Shown: piece after piece, positions 49,913-59,850 of the stretch | How the letters are laid out: each line of letters opens with the position of its first letter | Position numbering within the stretch: the stretch's first letter is position 1 | Source of the DNA: Paracoccaceae bacterium | Lineage (GTDB): Bacteria; Pseudomonadota; Alphaproteobacteria; Rhodobacterales; Rhodobacteraceae | Assembly (NCBI GenBank): GCA_031412255.1 | Contig: JANOCQ010000319.1 | Coordinates: forward strand, 2,778-66,777 | Length of the DNA stretch: 64,000 bases | Reading direction: 5' to 3' | Notes under the pieces: model-generated | Told to the model about the DNA's origin: nothing | The model's input: the letters and a program-made list of their open reading frames with translations, nothing else | Databases searched by the model: none | Made by a program: the position numbers and the translations under genes

Positions 49913-51025
49913 TCAGGGGGTGATCCGTTCCTCGGTGTCCGGATCGAAGGCTACAGCCTTTTCCATGTTCACGGCGAACTCGAATGTCTGTCCGGGCGCG
50001 ACAGAGGCGTCGGCGCGCATCCGGGCGATCGTGTCGCGGCCGGAGAGGGTCATGGTGACGAAGGTGTCGGAGCCTGCGGGTTCGGTGACGGTGACGCGGT
50101 TGGTGAAGGGCTGGATGTTGCCGGACTTGCGGTCCGCGCCTTCGGGGTCGGTGATCGCCTCGGGGCGGATGCCGAGGAGGATGGGCTTGCCTTCCCATGC
50201 GGCGAGGTTGGATTGGCTGAACCGAAGGAGGCGGGGGGTGCCGTCGGCGTCGGTTAGGGCGGCGTGGGGGTGGCCGTTTTCGAGGACGACGGTGGCGGGG
50301 ACGATGTTCATGGCGGGTGAGCCCATGAAGGTGGCGACGAAGAGGTTCGAGGGGGTGTCGTAGATTTCCTTTGGCGTGCCAAGCTGCTGGACATGGCCCT
50401 TGTTCATCACCGCGATGCGGGTGGAGAGCGTCAGCGCCTCGATCTGGTCGTGGGTGACGTAGACGATGGTGGTGCGCAGCTTCTGGTGCAGCTTCTTGAT
50501 CTCGGTCCGCATGTCGACGCGCAGTTTCGCGTCGAGGTTGGAGAGGGGTTCGTCGAAAAGGAAAACGTCAGGGTTCCTCACCAGCGCGCGGCCCATCGCG
50601 ACGCGCTGGCGCTGGCCTCCGGAAAGTTGGCCGGGTTTGCGGTCGAGAAGCGTCTCGATCTGGAGGAGTTTCGCGACATCCGCGAGCGCGCGGTCACGTT
50701 CGGGCTTGGGGACGCCGTGCATTTCAAGGCCGAAGGTCATGTTCTGGCCCACGGTCATGTTGGGGTACAAGGCATAAGACTGGAACACCATCGCAATGTT
50801 GCGCTTGGACGGGTGGACCCCGTTCACCACGCGGCCCTTGATGGCGATCTCGCCACCCGTGATCGCCTCCAGCCCTGCAATCATGTTCAGAAGCGTGGAT
50901 TTTCCGCAGCCCGAGGGGCCGACGAGGACCAGAAACTCGCCTTCCTCCACCGCGATGTCGATGCGGTGCAGGACCTGCACGGGCCCGTAGGATTTGGTGA
51001 CGTTGCGGATGTCGAGAAAGCCCAT
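49913..51025 (-). CDS. Sugar ABC transporter ATPase (MalK/UgpC family)
   Basis: GPSGCGKS, LSGGQRQRVAMGR, DEPLSNLDAKLR, YVTHDQ. Confidence 0.96.
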   Translation of the reverse strand: MGFLDIRNVTKSYGPVQVLHRIDIAVEEGEFLVLVGPSGCGKSTLLNMIAGLEAITGGEIAIKGRVVNGVHPSKRNIAMVFQSYALYPNMTVGQNMTFGLEMHGVPKPERDRALADVAKLLQIETLLDRKPGQLSGGQRQRVAMGRALVRNPDVFLFDEPLSNLDAKLRVDMRTEIKKLHQKLRTTIVYVTHDQIEALTLSTRIAVMNKGHVQQLGTPKEIYDTPSNLFVATFMGSPAMNIVPATVVLENGHPHAALTDADGTPRLLRFSQSNLAAWEGKPILLGIRPEAITDPEGADRKSGNIQPFTNRVTVTEPAGSDTFVTMTLSGRDTIARMRADASVAPGQTFEFAVNMEKAVAFDPDTEERITP

Positions 51026-51057
51026 GTCAAGCTCCTGGTCGGACGGTGGGGGCAGCG

Positions 51058-51125
51058 CCGAGTTTTCGAAAACTCCGGACCGGACTTTTTGAAAAGTCCG
51101 GTCAAATTCCTTCGAAGGAATTTGA
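51058..51125. repeat. Family A stacked palindromes, copy 3
   Basis: gagttttcgaaaactc, accggactttttgaaaagtccggt, tcaaattccttcgaaggaatttga. Confidence 0.85.
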
Positions 51126-51147
51126 GGTGAGCGGTGCGGGCGGGTCG

Positions 51148-52026
51148 TCATCCCTTCACGCTTCCCGCCATCAGGCCGCGGACGAAATAGCGTCCGGCTA
51201 CGATGTAGACGAACAGGGTGGGCAGCGCGGCTAGGATCGCGCCGGCGAAGTGGACGTTGTATTCCTTCACGCCCGTCGAGGATTGGACGAGGTTGTTGAG
51301 CGCGACGGTCATCGGCTGGCTGGTGCCGCCGAAGCTGACGCCGAAGAGGAAGTCGTTCCAGATGTTGGTGAATTGCCAGATCACGCTGACCACGGCGATG
51401 GGGCCAGAGACGGGCAGAAGGATGCGCCAGAAGATGCGGAAGAACCCCGCCCCGTCGATCATCGCGGCGCGGACAAGCTCGGTCGGGAACGACGCGTAGT
51501 AGTTGCGGAAGTAAAGCGTGGTGAAGCCGATCCCGTAGACGACATGGACGAGGATTAGGCCGGGGACAGTGCCAGCGAGGCCAAGCTTGCCAAGGACCAC
51601 GGCCATCGGGATCAGGACGATCTGGAACGGGATGAAGCAGGAAAAGAGCATTAGCCCGAAGACCCAGGTATCGCCCCGGAAGCGCCACTTGGTCAGGACG
51701 TAGCCGTTGAGGGCTCCGATGATTGTGGAGATGGCGACGGCGGGGACGACCATCAGGATGGAGTTGATGAAATAGGGTTTCAGGCCGGTCGGCTCGACGC
51801 CGATCTGCGCGGTGGACCAGGCCTGTCGCCAGGGCTCCAGCGTCCAGACCGACGGCAGCGCCATCATGTTGCCGCCGGTGATTTCGGCCAAGGGTTTGAG
51901 GGAGTTCACGCCCATCACGTAGAGCGGCAGGAGGTAGAAAAGCGCGAAGAGGAGGAGGGTGAGGTAGATCAGCGCGCGGGTGACGCGGGTGGTGGAGACG
52001 GCAGTGTCCTGGGCGGCGACGCTCAT
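51148..52026 (-). CDS. Carbohydrate ABC permease (MalG-type)
   Basis: EAA-like ELVRAAMIDGAG, FTNIWNDFLF. Confidence 0.93.
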   Translation of the reverse strand: MSVAAQDTAVSTTRVTRALIYLTLLLFALFYLLPLYVMGVNSLKPLAEITGGNMMALPSVWTLEPWRQAWSTAQIGVEPTGLKPYFINSILMVVPAVAISTIIGALNGYVLTKWRFRGDTWVFGLMLFSCFIPFQIVLIPMAVVLGKLGLAGTVPGLILVHVVYGIGFTTLYFRNYYASFPTELVRAAMIDGAGFFRIFWRILLPVSGPIAVVSVIWQFTNIWNDFLFGVSFGGTSQPMTVALNNLVQSSTGVKEYNVHFAGAILAALPTLFVYIVAGRYFVRGLMAGSVKG

Positions 52027-52916
52027 GCCTTCTTCTCCTTCAGCTCGGCGTAAAGGTAGGGGACCATGATCGCGGCGATGGTCATCAGCATGATCACGGC
52101 AGAGGAGGCGCCGATGCCCATCTGGTTCCTCGTGAAGGTGTAGGAATACATGAAGGTCGCGGGCATCTCGGTCGCCCTGCCAGGGCCGCCGCCGGTCAGC
52201 GCGATGACAAGGTCGTAGGACTTGATCGCGAGGTGGGAGAGGATGACGAAGGCCGACAGGAATGCGGGGCGTAGGAGGGGGATGACGATGCGGCGGTAAA
52301 GCTGCCAGTTCGAGGCACCGTCGATCTGGGCGGCCTTCAGGATCTCGTTGTCGATGCCGCGGAGCCCGGCGAGAAACATCGCCATCACGAAGCCCGAGGT
52401 CTGCCAGACGGCGGCGATGACGATGGTGTAGAGCGCCATCTCGCCGTCCTTGATCCAGGTGAAGGAGAAGCTCTCCCATCCCCACTGGTGCATGATCCGC
52501 TCCAGCCCGATGCCGGGGTCGAGGAACCATTTCCAGGCGGTGCCGGTGACGATGAAGCTGAGGGCCATCGGGTAGAGGTAGATGGGCCTGAGGACGCCCT
52601 CGCCCCGGATCTTCTGGTCGAGGAAGATCGCCAGCATCAGGCCGATGGCGGTGCAGATGGTGATGTAAAGGGTGGCGAAGATGGCGATGTTGACTGTGGC
52701 GGTGTGCCAGGCCGGGAGGGCGAAGAGCTTTTCATAGTTCTCGAAGCCGACCCAGGTGAACTTGGGCAGCATCTTCGAGCCGGTGAAGGAGAGGACCACG
52801 GTGAAGAGGATGAAGCCGTAGACGAAGAGGAGCGTCACAGCGAAGGAGGGGGCGAGGACGAGCTTTGGCAGCCAGTCCTGCAGCGTCGTGCGGAAATCGG
52901 CCTGGGTCGTCGCCAT
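52023..52916 (-). CDS. Carbohydrate ABC permease (MalF-type)
   Basis: LYPMALSFIVTG, LKAAQIDGAS, SYDLVIALTGGGP. Confidence 0.93.
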   Translation of the reverse strand: MATTQADFRTTLQDWLPKLVLAPSFAVTLLFVYGFILFTVVLSFTGSKMLPKFTWVGFENYEKLFALPAWHTATVNIAIFATLYITICTAIGLMLAIFLDQKIRGEGVLRPIYLYPMALSFIVTGTAWKWFLDPGIGLERIMHQWGWESFSFTWIKDGEMALYTIVIAAVWQTSGFVMAMFLAGLRGIDNEILKAAQIDGASNWQLYRRIVIPLLRPAFLSAFVILSHLAIKSYDLVIALTGGGPGRATEMPATFMYSYTFTRNQMGIGASSAVIMLMTIAAIMVPYLYAELKEKKA

Positions 52917-52939
52917 CGGTCCCTCCCGTGGGTTTAAGC

Positions 52940-52986
52940 GCAAAAGTTTTCGAAAACTTTTGCCAAATTCCTTCGAAGGAATTTGG
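52940..52986. repeat. Family A stacked palindromes, copy 4
   Basis: Perfect gcaaaagttttcgaaaacttttgc and ccaaattccttcgaaggaatttgg. Confidence 0.85.
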
Positions 52987-52989
52987 TCT

Positions 52990-53013
52990 GGGGGCGACCC
53001 GAGGGCCGCCCCC
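52990..53013 (-). other. GC-rich hairpin just after the binding-protein gene (possible mRNA stabiliser or attenuator)
   Basis: gggggcg-N10-cgccccc stem, no clear U tract. Confidence 0.45.
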
Positions 53014-53022
53014 GTCGCGAGG

Positions 53023-54273
53023 TTACTGCGCGGCGGCGACGGCTTCGGCCAGGGCTGCAGCGGCAGCGGCCCCGTCGGCATATTCGCCGTTGAAGGCCGC
53101 GGTGATCACGTCATAGGTGGCGTTCTTCACCGAGGCCGGGGCAGCATGGCCGTGCGCCATCGAACCGAAGAGCGTGCCGTTGGTCGAAGCCTCGGCCAGG
53201 TCGGCCATTCCCTTCTTGCCGCAATCGTCAAAGGCCTCGTTCGAGACGTCGGTCCGCGCGGGGACCGAGCCCTTCACCACGTTGAACGCCGACTGGAACA
53301 CCGGGTCCATGATCGCCTTCGCCATGGCGACCTGGGCTTCCTGCTTGGCCGGGTCGGTCTGGTTGAACATGGCGAACTGGTCGGAGTTGAACGTCACCGA
53401 CCCTTGCGTTCCGGGGAAGCGGATGCAGACGAAATCGGTACCGGGGACCTTGCCGGCCTTCAGGAACTCACCCTTGGCCCAGTCGCCCATCATCTGCATG
53501 CCCGCCTCGCCGTTGATCACCATCGCGGAAGCCAGGTTCCAGTCGCGGCCCGAGAAGTTGTCGTCGACATATGACCGAAGCTTGATCAAATGGTCGAAGG
53601 CCGTGGCCATCTCGGGCCCGCCAAGGGCGGCTGGGTCGAGGTCGATGAAAGCCTGCTTGTAAAGGTCACCGCCCATGCCGAGGACGATCCCGTCGAAGAC
53701 GGTGGCTTCCTGCCAGGGCTGGCCGCCATGGGCCAAGGGGGTGATCCCGGCCTCTTTCATCTTGTCGAGGACAGCCACCAGCTCGTCCCAGGTGGTCGGC
53801 GCGCCAAGGCCGGTCGCGTCGAGCGCGGCCTTGTTGATCCAGACCCAGTTGGTCGAATGGACGTTGACCGGGGCCGCGACCCACTTACCGTCAGAGGTCG
53901 AGAAGCCCTGCAGCGCGGTGGGGACGACCTTGTCCCAGCCTTCGGCGGTGGCGGTGGCGGTCAGGTCGGCAAGCGCGCCCTCACCGGCCCAGTCGAGGAT
54001 GTCGAAGCCCAGCATCTGCACGGCGGTCGGCGGGTCGCCGGCGGTGACGCGGGCGCGCAGCGCGGTCATCGCGGCTTCGCCACCGCCGCCGGCGACGGGC
54101 ATGTCGACCCAGCCGGTGCCGGCAGCGCCGAGATTGTCCTTCAGGACGTTCAGCGCGGCGGCTTCACCACCGCTGGTCCACCAGTGCAGGACTTCGACGT
54201 CCTCGGCGAAAGTGATCGAGGTTGTCATCACAAGGGCCGCCGCGGCGGTCATCGTCTTTCCGAAAAGGCGCAT
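53023..54273 (-). CDS. Sugar ABC substrate-binding protein (glucose/mannose GtsA-like)
   Basis: Signal peptide, [43 protein letters not shown]. Confidence 0.9.
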   Translation of the reverse strand: MRLFGKTMTAAAALVMTTSITFAEDVEVLHWWTSGGEAAALNVLKDNLGAAGTGWVDMPVAGGGGEAAMTALRARVTAGDPPTAVQMLGFDILDWAGEGALADLTATATAEGWDKVVPTALQGFSTSDGKWVAAPVNVHSTNWVWINKAALDATGLGAPTTWDELVAVLDKMKEAGITPLAHGGQPWQEATVFDGIVLGMGGDLYKQAFIDLDPAALGGPEMATAFDHLIKLRSYVDDNFSGRDWNLASAMVINGEAGMQMMGDWAKGEFLKAGKVPGTDFVCIRFPGTQGSVTFNSDQFAMFNQTDPAKQEAQVAMAKAIMDPVFQSAFNVVKGSVPARTDVSNEAFDDCGKKGMADLAEASTNGTLFGSMAHGHAAPASVKNATYDVITAAFNGEYADGAAAAAALAEAVAAAQ

Positions 54274-54307
54274 GGTTTCCTCCCGTTTTGCGCTTCGTTT
54301 GCCCGGC

Positions 54308-55831
54308 TTACCGGGGTCTTACCCAAGGCGCCCGGGTGCGGCCGATCCGCATGACGAGCGACTTGATTTCCATGAATTCATCTAGGCCCTGGCGGCCGAT
54401 CTCGCGCCCCAGGCCGGATTGCTTGACGCCGCCGAAGGTCACCTCCGGAAAGCCGTCCATCCAGGTGTTGGTCCAGACCGTGCCTGCCTGCACGCCGCGT
54501 GCAAAGGCCAGGCAGGTGTGGATGTTCTCGCTCCACACCCCGGCGGAAAGGCCGTAGTCGGCGTCGTTCACCAGATGCAGGGCCTCTTCGAGGGTGCGGA
54601 AGGTGAGGACGGTCAGGACCGGGCCAAACACCTCTTCCCGGGCGATTGCCATGTCGGGGGTGACGTCCGTCACGATGGTGGGCTGGTAGAATTGTTGGCC
54701 GAGGCCGGGGATATCCAGCGCTTGGCCGCCAAGCGCGACGGTGGCCCCGGCCTTGCGCGCGGCAGAGACGTAGGCGTCGATCTTGGCACCGTGCTCTCGG
54801 CTGACGATGGCACCGACCTGCGTCTGGGGGTCCAGCGGATCGCCGAAGGCCACCTGCTTCGAGAGCTTTACCACTCGCGCGGTGAAGGCTTGGGCAATGT
54901 CCTCATGGACGATGATCCGGGAGCCGGAGTTGCAGCACTGGCCGACGTTGAAATAAACGCCGAACGTCACCGCATCGGCGGCTGCCTCAAGATCGGCGTC
55001 CGGGAAGATCACCTGCGGGTTCTTGCCGCCAAGTTCGAGGGCAACTTTCTTCAGCGTGGTCGATGCGGCCGCCGCGATGCCGCGCCCGACGGCGGTGGAG
55101 CCGGTGAAGGTCACCATGTCCACGCGCGGGTCGCTGGCGAGGGTCGCGCCGACCGGTTGGCCGTAGCCTAGGACGATGTTCACCACGCCCCGCGGAAGGC
55201 CCGCTTCGACAAGAAGCTCGCCAAGGATGACAGTGGTGGAGGGGGTCAGTTCAGAAGGTTTGACGATGCAGGTGCAGCCGGCGGCCAGCGCGAAGGGGAG
55301 TTTCTGGCTAAGGATCCAGAACGGGAAGTTCCAGGGCGTGATGATGCTGACGACGCCGATGGGTTCCTTCAGCACCACGGCAAGCATGTCCTCGCCCAGC
55401 GAGTTGTGGCTGTCGCCATGCAGCGTGCGGGCGAGTGAAGCGGCATAGCGCCAGAGGTCGGCGGCCCCCGCGACCTCGCCCCGCGACTGGGTGATGGGCT
55501 TGCCGGATTCCAGCGTCTCGATCAGGGCCATCCGGTCAACATGGGCTTCGATCAGGTCGGCGACCTTGAGGAGCAGAGTGGCGCGGGCCTTGCCGGGCAA
55601 CTTGCTCCAGCGGCCATCGTCAAAGGCGGCGCGGGCGGCGGTGATGGCGGCCGCGGTCTCGGGCCTGCCACCCCGCGCGGATCGGCTGACGACCGCCCCG
55701 TGCGAGGGGGAAAGGCGTTCGGATGTCGCCCCGTCGGCATTGTCCTGCCAGTGGCCGTCGATCAGGTGGCGCGCCAGAAATACCGGCGGTAAAGTCGTCT
55801 GGATTGCAGGGATCACTGTCAGGTCAAGCAT
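54308..55831 (-). CDS. NAD(P)-dependent aldehyde dehydrogenase
   Basis: [39 protein letters not shown]. Confidence 0.95.
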   Translation of the reverse strand: MLDLTVIPAIQTTLPPVFLARHLIDGHWQDNADGATSERLSPSHGAVVSRSARGGRPETAAAITAARAAFDDGRWSKLPGKARATLLLKVADLIEAHVDRMALIETLESGKPITQSRGEVAGAADLWRYAASLARTLHGDSHNSLGEDMLAVVLKEPIGVVSIITPWNFPFWILSQKLPFALAAGCTCIVKPSELTPSTTVILGELLVEAGLPRGVVNIVLGYGQPVGATLASDPRVDMVTFTGSTAVGRGIAAAASTTLKKVALELGGKNPQVIFPDADLEAAADAVTFGVYFNVGQCCNSGSRIIVHEDIAQAFTARVVKLSKQVAFGDPLDPQTQVGAIVSREHGAKIDAYVSAARKAGATVALGGQALDIPGLGQQFYQPTIVTDVTPDMAIAREEVFGPVLTVLTFRTLEEALHLVNDADYGLSAGVWSENIHTCLAFARGVQAGTVWTNTWMDGFPEVTFGGVKQSGLGREIGRQGLDEFMEIKSLVMRIGRTRAPWVRPR

Positions 55832-55833
55832 CT

Positions 55834-56601
55834 TCAGCTTCCCGGAAATTCTGGTTTGCGCTTCTGGCGGAACGCGGCGACGCCCTCTTCCCGATCATCG
55901 GTGGCGGCGATGGCGGCGGACCCCAGCGCCTCGATCAGGGCGGCGCTGTCCTCGCCCTGGCCGGCGTGGATCATCGCCTTGGTGATTTCCGTGGCGCGGG
56001 GAGAAAGGGTGGCGGCCTTCTCGGCGATGGCGTGGGCGGCGGCGCGGGGGTCGTCGGAAACTTCGGCCACGAAGCCGCAGGAGAAAAGGCGATTAGCCCC
56101 GATGCGGCGACCGAAGAGGGCCATTTCCTTGAGGACGCCTTCCGGGATCAGCCGGGCGAGGCGTTGCGAGCCGGACCAGCCGGGGACGATGCCGACCCCG
56201 GCCTCGGGCAGCGCGATGGTGGCTTGCGGGGTGATCAGGCGGATGTCGCAGGCAGCGGCCAGTTCCAGGCCGCCGCCGAAAGCATGGCCGTTCAGTGCGG
56301 CGATGGTGGGTTTCGAAAGGCGCGCGAGGCGGTCAAAGATGCGATGTCCGCCGCGGACCCAATTGCGTGCGAAGTCGGCGGGGGAAAGGCCGCCCCAGGC
56401 GTTGATGTCGGCGCCAGAGCAGAAGGCTTTCTCGCCTTCGCCCGTGACGATCACCGCGCGAATTTCCGATTGGACTTCGATAAGTTCCAGATGACTGGCC
56501 AACTGGGCCAGCATCTCCACGGTGAAGCAGTTGAGCTTGGCCGGATTGTCGAGCGTGAGCGTTGCCACCGGCCCGGTGATGTGCAGGCGGACGCCGGTCA
56601 T
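55834..56601 (-). CDS. Enoyl-CoA hydratase/isomerase (crotonase) with both catalytic Glu
   Basis: AFCSGADI, AFGGGLELA, LPEAGVG. ATGA overlap with the CoA-transferase. Confidence 0.92.
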   Translation of the reverse strand: MTGVRLHITGPVATLTLDNPAKLNCFTVEMLAQLASHLELIEVQSEIRAVIVTGEGEKAFCSGADINAWGGLSPADFARNWVRGGHRIFDRLARLSKPTIAALNGHAFGGGLELAAACDIRLITPQATIALPEAGVGIVPGWSGSQRLARLIPEGVLKEMALFGRRIGANRLFSCGFVAEVSDDPRAAAHAIAEKAATLSPRATEITKAMIHAGQGEDSAALIEALGSAAIAATDDREEGVAAFRQKRKPEFPGS

Positions 56602-58169
56602 GGCTGCCACCCCATCGGGCCTTCAGTCAGAAGTGAGAGCGGCATGGTCGTGGCGTTCTCGGCCACGGTCACCCGGCCCTGGCTCGCGGCGATGATGTCG
56701 CGGGCCGGGTCGATCCCCGGCATGATCTCGGTCGCGACAAGGCCCTTGGCCGTCAGCCGGATTGCGCAACGCTCTGTGATGTAGAGGACCTCTTGCCCCT
56801 GCTGGCGCGCCCGGTTGCCCGAGAAGGTGACGTGTTCGACGCGGTCGACCATCTTGCAGAACTTGCCGGGTGTGGCGACGCTCAGCCCCGAGGGGGTAAG
56901 CGCGACCCCTGCCCCGGCCTCGAACCAGCCGGAGAAGACGATCTTGCGGGCATGGGCGGTGATATCGACAAAGCCGCCGCACCCTGCTGTCAGGTAGGGC
57001 TTCTTGCCCAGTTTCGAGACGTTGACGTTGCCTTCGACGTCGATCTCCATGAACGAGAGGAGGGACATGTCGAAGCCCCCGCCCTGGAAGTAGATGAACT
57101 GCTGCGGCGACGGCATGTAGCCCCAGGCATTCGACGCGCAGCCGAAGGCGAAGCCGGTCAGCGGCATGCCGCCCACGGCGCCCTGTTCGATGGCCCAGGT
57201 GACGGCCTCGGGGTGGCCTTCCTCCAAGAGGATCCGGGGGACCATCGCGCTGATGCCAAAGCCGAGATTGGCGGTCATGCCGCCGCGAAGCTCCAGCGCG
57301 GCGCGGCGCGCGATGACCTTTTCGACCCCGTGCTCGGCAAAGCTGAACGATGACCAGGGCCGCATGATCTGACCGGAGATCGCCGGATCGTAGGGCGTTT
57401 CGGTGGTCTGGCGCTGGTCGGGGTCGAGAACGATGAGGTCGACAAGGTGGCCAGGCACGCGCACGTCGTGCGGTCGAAGCGACCCCTTGGTCGTCACGCG
57501 TGAGACCTGGGCAATGACGAGGCCCCGGTTGTTGCGGGTGGCAATCGCCTGCTCCAAGCCACCCAGATAGGCGCCTTCGTGTTCGTAGGTCAGATTGCCA
57601 TTTTCGTCGGCCGTCGTCGCCCGCAGGATGCAGACGTCGGGCTGGATGTTCGGGAAATGCAGCCAGGTCTCGCCGCCGAACTCCACCCGGTGGACGATGG
57701 GGTCCGCCGCCCCGCGGGCGTTCATCGAGCAGCCCTCGCGGATCGGGTCGGCGAAGGTCTCCATGCCGACCTTGGTCAAGACACCCGGACGGCGCGCTGC
57801 TGCCTCTCGGTGCATGTCGAACATGATGCCGGACGGCACGTTGTAGGCGGCGACGCGATCCTCGACGATCATCTTCCAGATCTCGGGCATCGGCAGGTTG
57901 GAAGAGCCCGAAGGATAGGAGCCGGCCAGAACGCGGGCGAGAAGGCCTTCCTGCGCGATCCAGTCCATCCCCTTGACGCCATACATGTCGCCCGCCGCGA
58001 TGGGGTGCAGGGTGGTGATGGCCTTCGGATGCCCTTCCGCGCGGAACCGCTCACCCAATGCCTTCAGAACCAGGTCCGGGCAGCCAAGGGCGGAGGAAGA
58101 GGATACGGTGATGACCGCCTCATCGGCGATACGCACGACGGCCTTGGATACTGCGACGAGCTTGGTCAC
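56598..58169 (-). CDS. Acyl-CoA:acetate/3-ketoacid CoA-transferase (YdiF/Pct fused type)
   Basis: ATTADENGNLTYE, ANLGFGIS, IEQG (catalytic Glu), GCGGFVDIT, YITERC. Confidence 0.9.
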   Translation of the reverse strand: MTKLVAVSKAVVRIADEAVITVSSSSALGCPDLVLKALGERFRAEGHPKAITTLHPIAAGDMYGVKGMDWIAQEGLLARVLAGSYPSGSSNLPMPEIWKMIVEDRVAAYNVPSGIMFDMHREAAARRPGVLTKVGMETFADPIREGCSMNARGAADPIVHRVEFGGETWLHFPNIQPDVCILRATTADENGNLTYEHEGAYLGGLEQAIATRNNRGLVIAQVSRVTTKGSLRPHDVRVPGHLVDLIVLDPDQRQTTETPYDPAISGQIMRPWSSFSFAEHGVEKVIARRAALELRGGMTANLGFGISAMVPRILLEEGHPEAVTWAIEQGAVGGMPLTGFAFGCASNAWGYMPSPQQFIYFQGGGFDMSLLSFMEIDVEGNVNVSKLGKKPYLTAGCGGFVDITAHARKIVFSGWFEAGAGVALTPSGLSVATPGKFCKMVDRVEHVTFSGNRARQQGQEVLYITERCAIRLTAKGLVATEIMPGIDPARDIIAASQGRVTVAENATTMPLSLLTEGPMGWQP

Positions 58170-59167
58170 GCGGCCCTCCCGTAATCCACAACCTGCCGGC
58201 TTGCGGTTCTGGCGGCCTCGCGTACCGCCAGAGCCACGGCCAGCGACGCGACGCCGTCGCGACCTGTTGCTGCGGGTTGACCGGTCCCCGCGATGGCGCC
58301 GAGAAAGTCTGTCACGCTTTGGACGTAAAGGTCGTGCGGGGAATAGGGGACGTCTTCCCGGCCCCGCGCGCTGACCATGCTGATGGACCCGACCGGCAGC
58401 TGAGTCATCACCCCGTTCGCGAAGATGGAACCCTCGGTGCCGTGCACCTCCAACCCCGACCCGGCGAAGGGATGCGTAAAGCTTTCATGGCTTTGCACCA
58501 TCGCGCCCGAAGGCATGGTCCAGACGGACATTGCGGAATCCTCGACCCCCTGCCCCATGCCGGTAGCGCTCATCTGCGCCACCACGGCGACGGGGTCCTC
58601 GCCCAGCAGGAACCGTGCCACGTCGGCGTCGTGAACAGTGATGTCCGGGATAACCCCACCGCCCGCAGATGGATCATTGATCCGCCAGCCTTGCAGATGC
58701 GGGGGCAGATGAACCGCGTGAAACAGGCGCAAGGACAGGACGCGACCGATGCGGCCCGCCCGGATCAGGTCGCGCACCGCCCGATGCGATCCAGAACAGC
58801 GCAGATGATGATTTGTGGCAAAAACCACGCCTGCTGCCTCGGCCGCGCGGACCATTTCTGCTGCCTCGGCCACGGTCATCGCAAGAGGCTTCTCGCACAG
58901 AACGTGCTTGCCGGCGGCAATCGCAGCCATCGCCTGCGCATAGTGCTTTTCATTGGTTGATGAAATATAGACCGCCCTGATAGACGCATCCGACAGCACC
59001 GCATCCAGGTCAGTCCCCGAAACAGCGATGCCATGTTTGTCAGCGTAGTCCTGAGCGCGCTGAAGCGAGGTGCTGACCACAGCCGCCGTTTCGCCATTCG
59101 TGGCACGAATGGCACCCATCATGTGCTGTTCGGCAATGGTGCTTGCCCCGATCAACCCCCAGCGCAT
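58166..59167 (-). CDS. afr: Gfo/Idh/MocA oxidoreductase, 1,5-anhydro-D-fructose reductase-like
   Basis: WGLIGASTIA, STNE.H, HVLCEKPLAMT, TNHHLR, FHAV.LPPHLQGWR, GGGVI.DITVHDAD, EVHGTEGS and VMTQ.PVG all match the recalled Sinorhizobium/Ensifer Afr sequence. Confidence 0.75.
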   Translation of the reverse strand: MRWGLIGASTIAEQHMMGAIRATNGETAAVVSTSLQRAQDYADKHGIAVSGTDLDAVLSDASIRAVYISSTNEKHYAQAMAAIAAGKHVLCEKPLAMTVAEAAEMVRAAEAAGVVFATNHHLRCSGSHRAVRDLIRAGRIGRVLSLRLFHAVHLPPHLQGWRINDPSAGGGVIPDITVHDADVARFLLGEDPVAVVAQMSATGMGQGVEDSAMSVWTMPSGAMVQSHESFTHPFAGSGLEVHGTEGSIFANGVMTQLPVGSISMVSARGREDVPYSPHDLYVQSVTDFLGAIAGTGQPAATGRDGVASLAVALAVREAARTASRQVVDYGRAA

Positions 59168-59180
59168 GATTCCCCCTCGT

Positions 59181-59218
59181 ACTTGGATCGTTCCAAGTGT
59201 TTTACTGGAACGATCCAA
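59181..59218. promoter_or_regulatory. Two LacI-type operators upstream of afr
   Basis: acttggatcgttccaagt (59181-59198) and ctggaacgatccaa (59205-59218): TGGA-N-CG-N-TCCA with a central CG. Confidence 0.7.
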
Positions 59219-59264
59219 ATAACGTCAAGCCCAGCGAGAGCTGGGGTGGTGGAAATCTGAAGCC

Positions 59265-59738
59265 TTAAGGTTTCTTCGGGCTTTCCGCTGCAGCACGGCG
59301 GAGGTCGAGCTTCTGCAGGCCCTCCAGAAGATCCAGCAACTGCTCCAGCCGGTCCTTGCCAAATTCCGCCTCGATGCGGCCCAGAATGGCGGCGCTGTGC
59401 GCGGCATGCGCGTTGACCAGCGTCAGTCCTGCCGGAGTGATCGCGACGATGGTCTTGCGGCGGTCTTCCGGCGGAGTCATGCGCGAGATCAGCCCCTCCT
59501 CGACCATCGGCCCCACCATCCGGGTCAGGCTCGACAGCAGCAGGACGGCCTCGGCGGCGACCTGGCTCAGTTCCAGCGGCCCCTTTTCCTGCAAAACCCG
59601 CAGGACGCGCCATTTCTGCTCGTTGACGCCCGAAGTTGCCAGCATGTCGCGAAATGGCCCCATCACGGTTTCCCGTGCGCGCAACAGCGCGATGGGAAGC
59701 GATCGGCGGATCTGGCGGAAGGGAGGCGCGTCGGTCAT
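59265..59738 (-). CDS. hpaR: MarR-family regulator, HpaR-like
   Basis: RSLPIALLRARETVM..FR..L....NEQKWRVLR, SLTRM, EDRRK. Confidence 0.78.
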   Translation of the reverse strand: MTDAPPFRQIRRSLPIALLRARETVMGPFRDMLATSGVNEQKWRVLRVLQEKGPLELSQVAAEAVLLLSSLTRMVGPMVEEGLISRMTPPEDRRKTIVAITPAGLTLVNAHAAHSAAILGRIEAEFGKDRLEQLLDLLEGLQKLDLRRAAAESPKKP

Positions 59739-59850
59739 GGCCACTTATCGCGCGTTTTCCAGTGGGCCTCAATCCCGACGGGCATGCCCTCTGGCCCTTC
59801 GCCCCGAGGACGCTATGGTGAAGATGCCCACGAGCTTGACGAAGGTCCCG

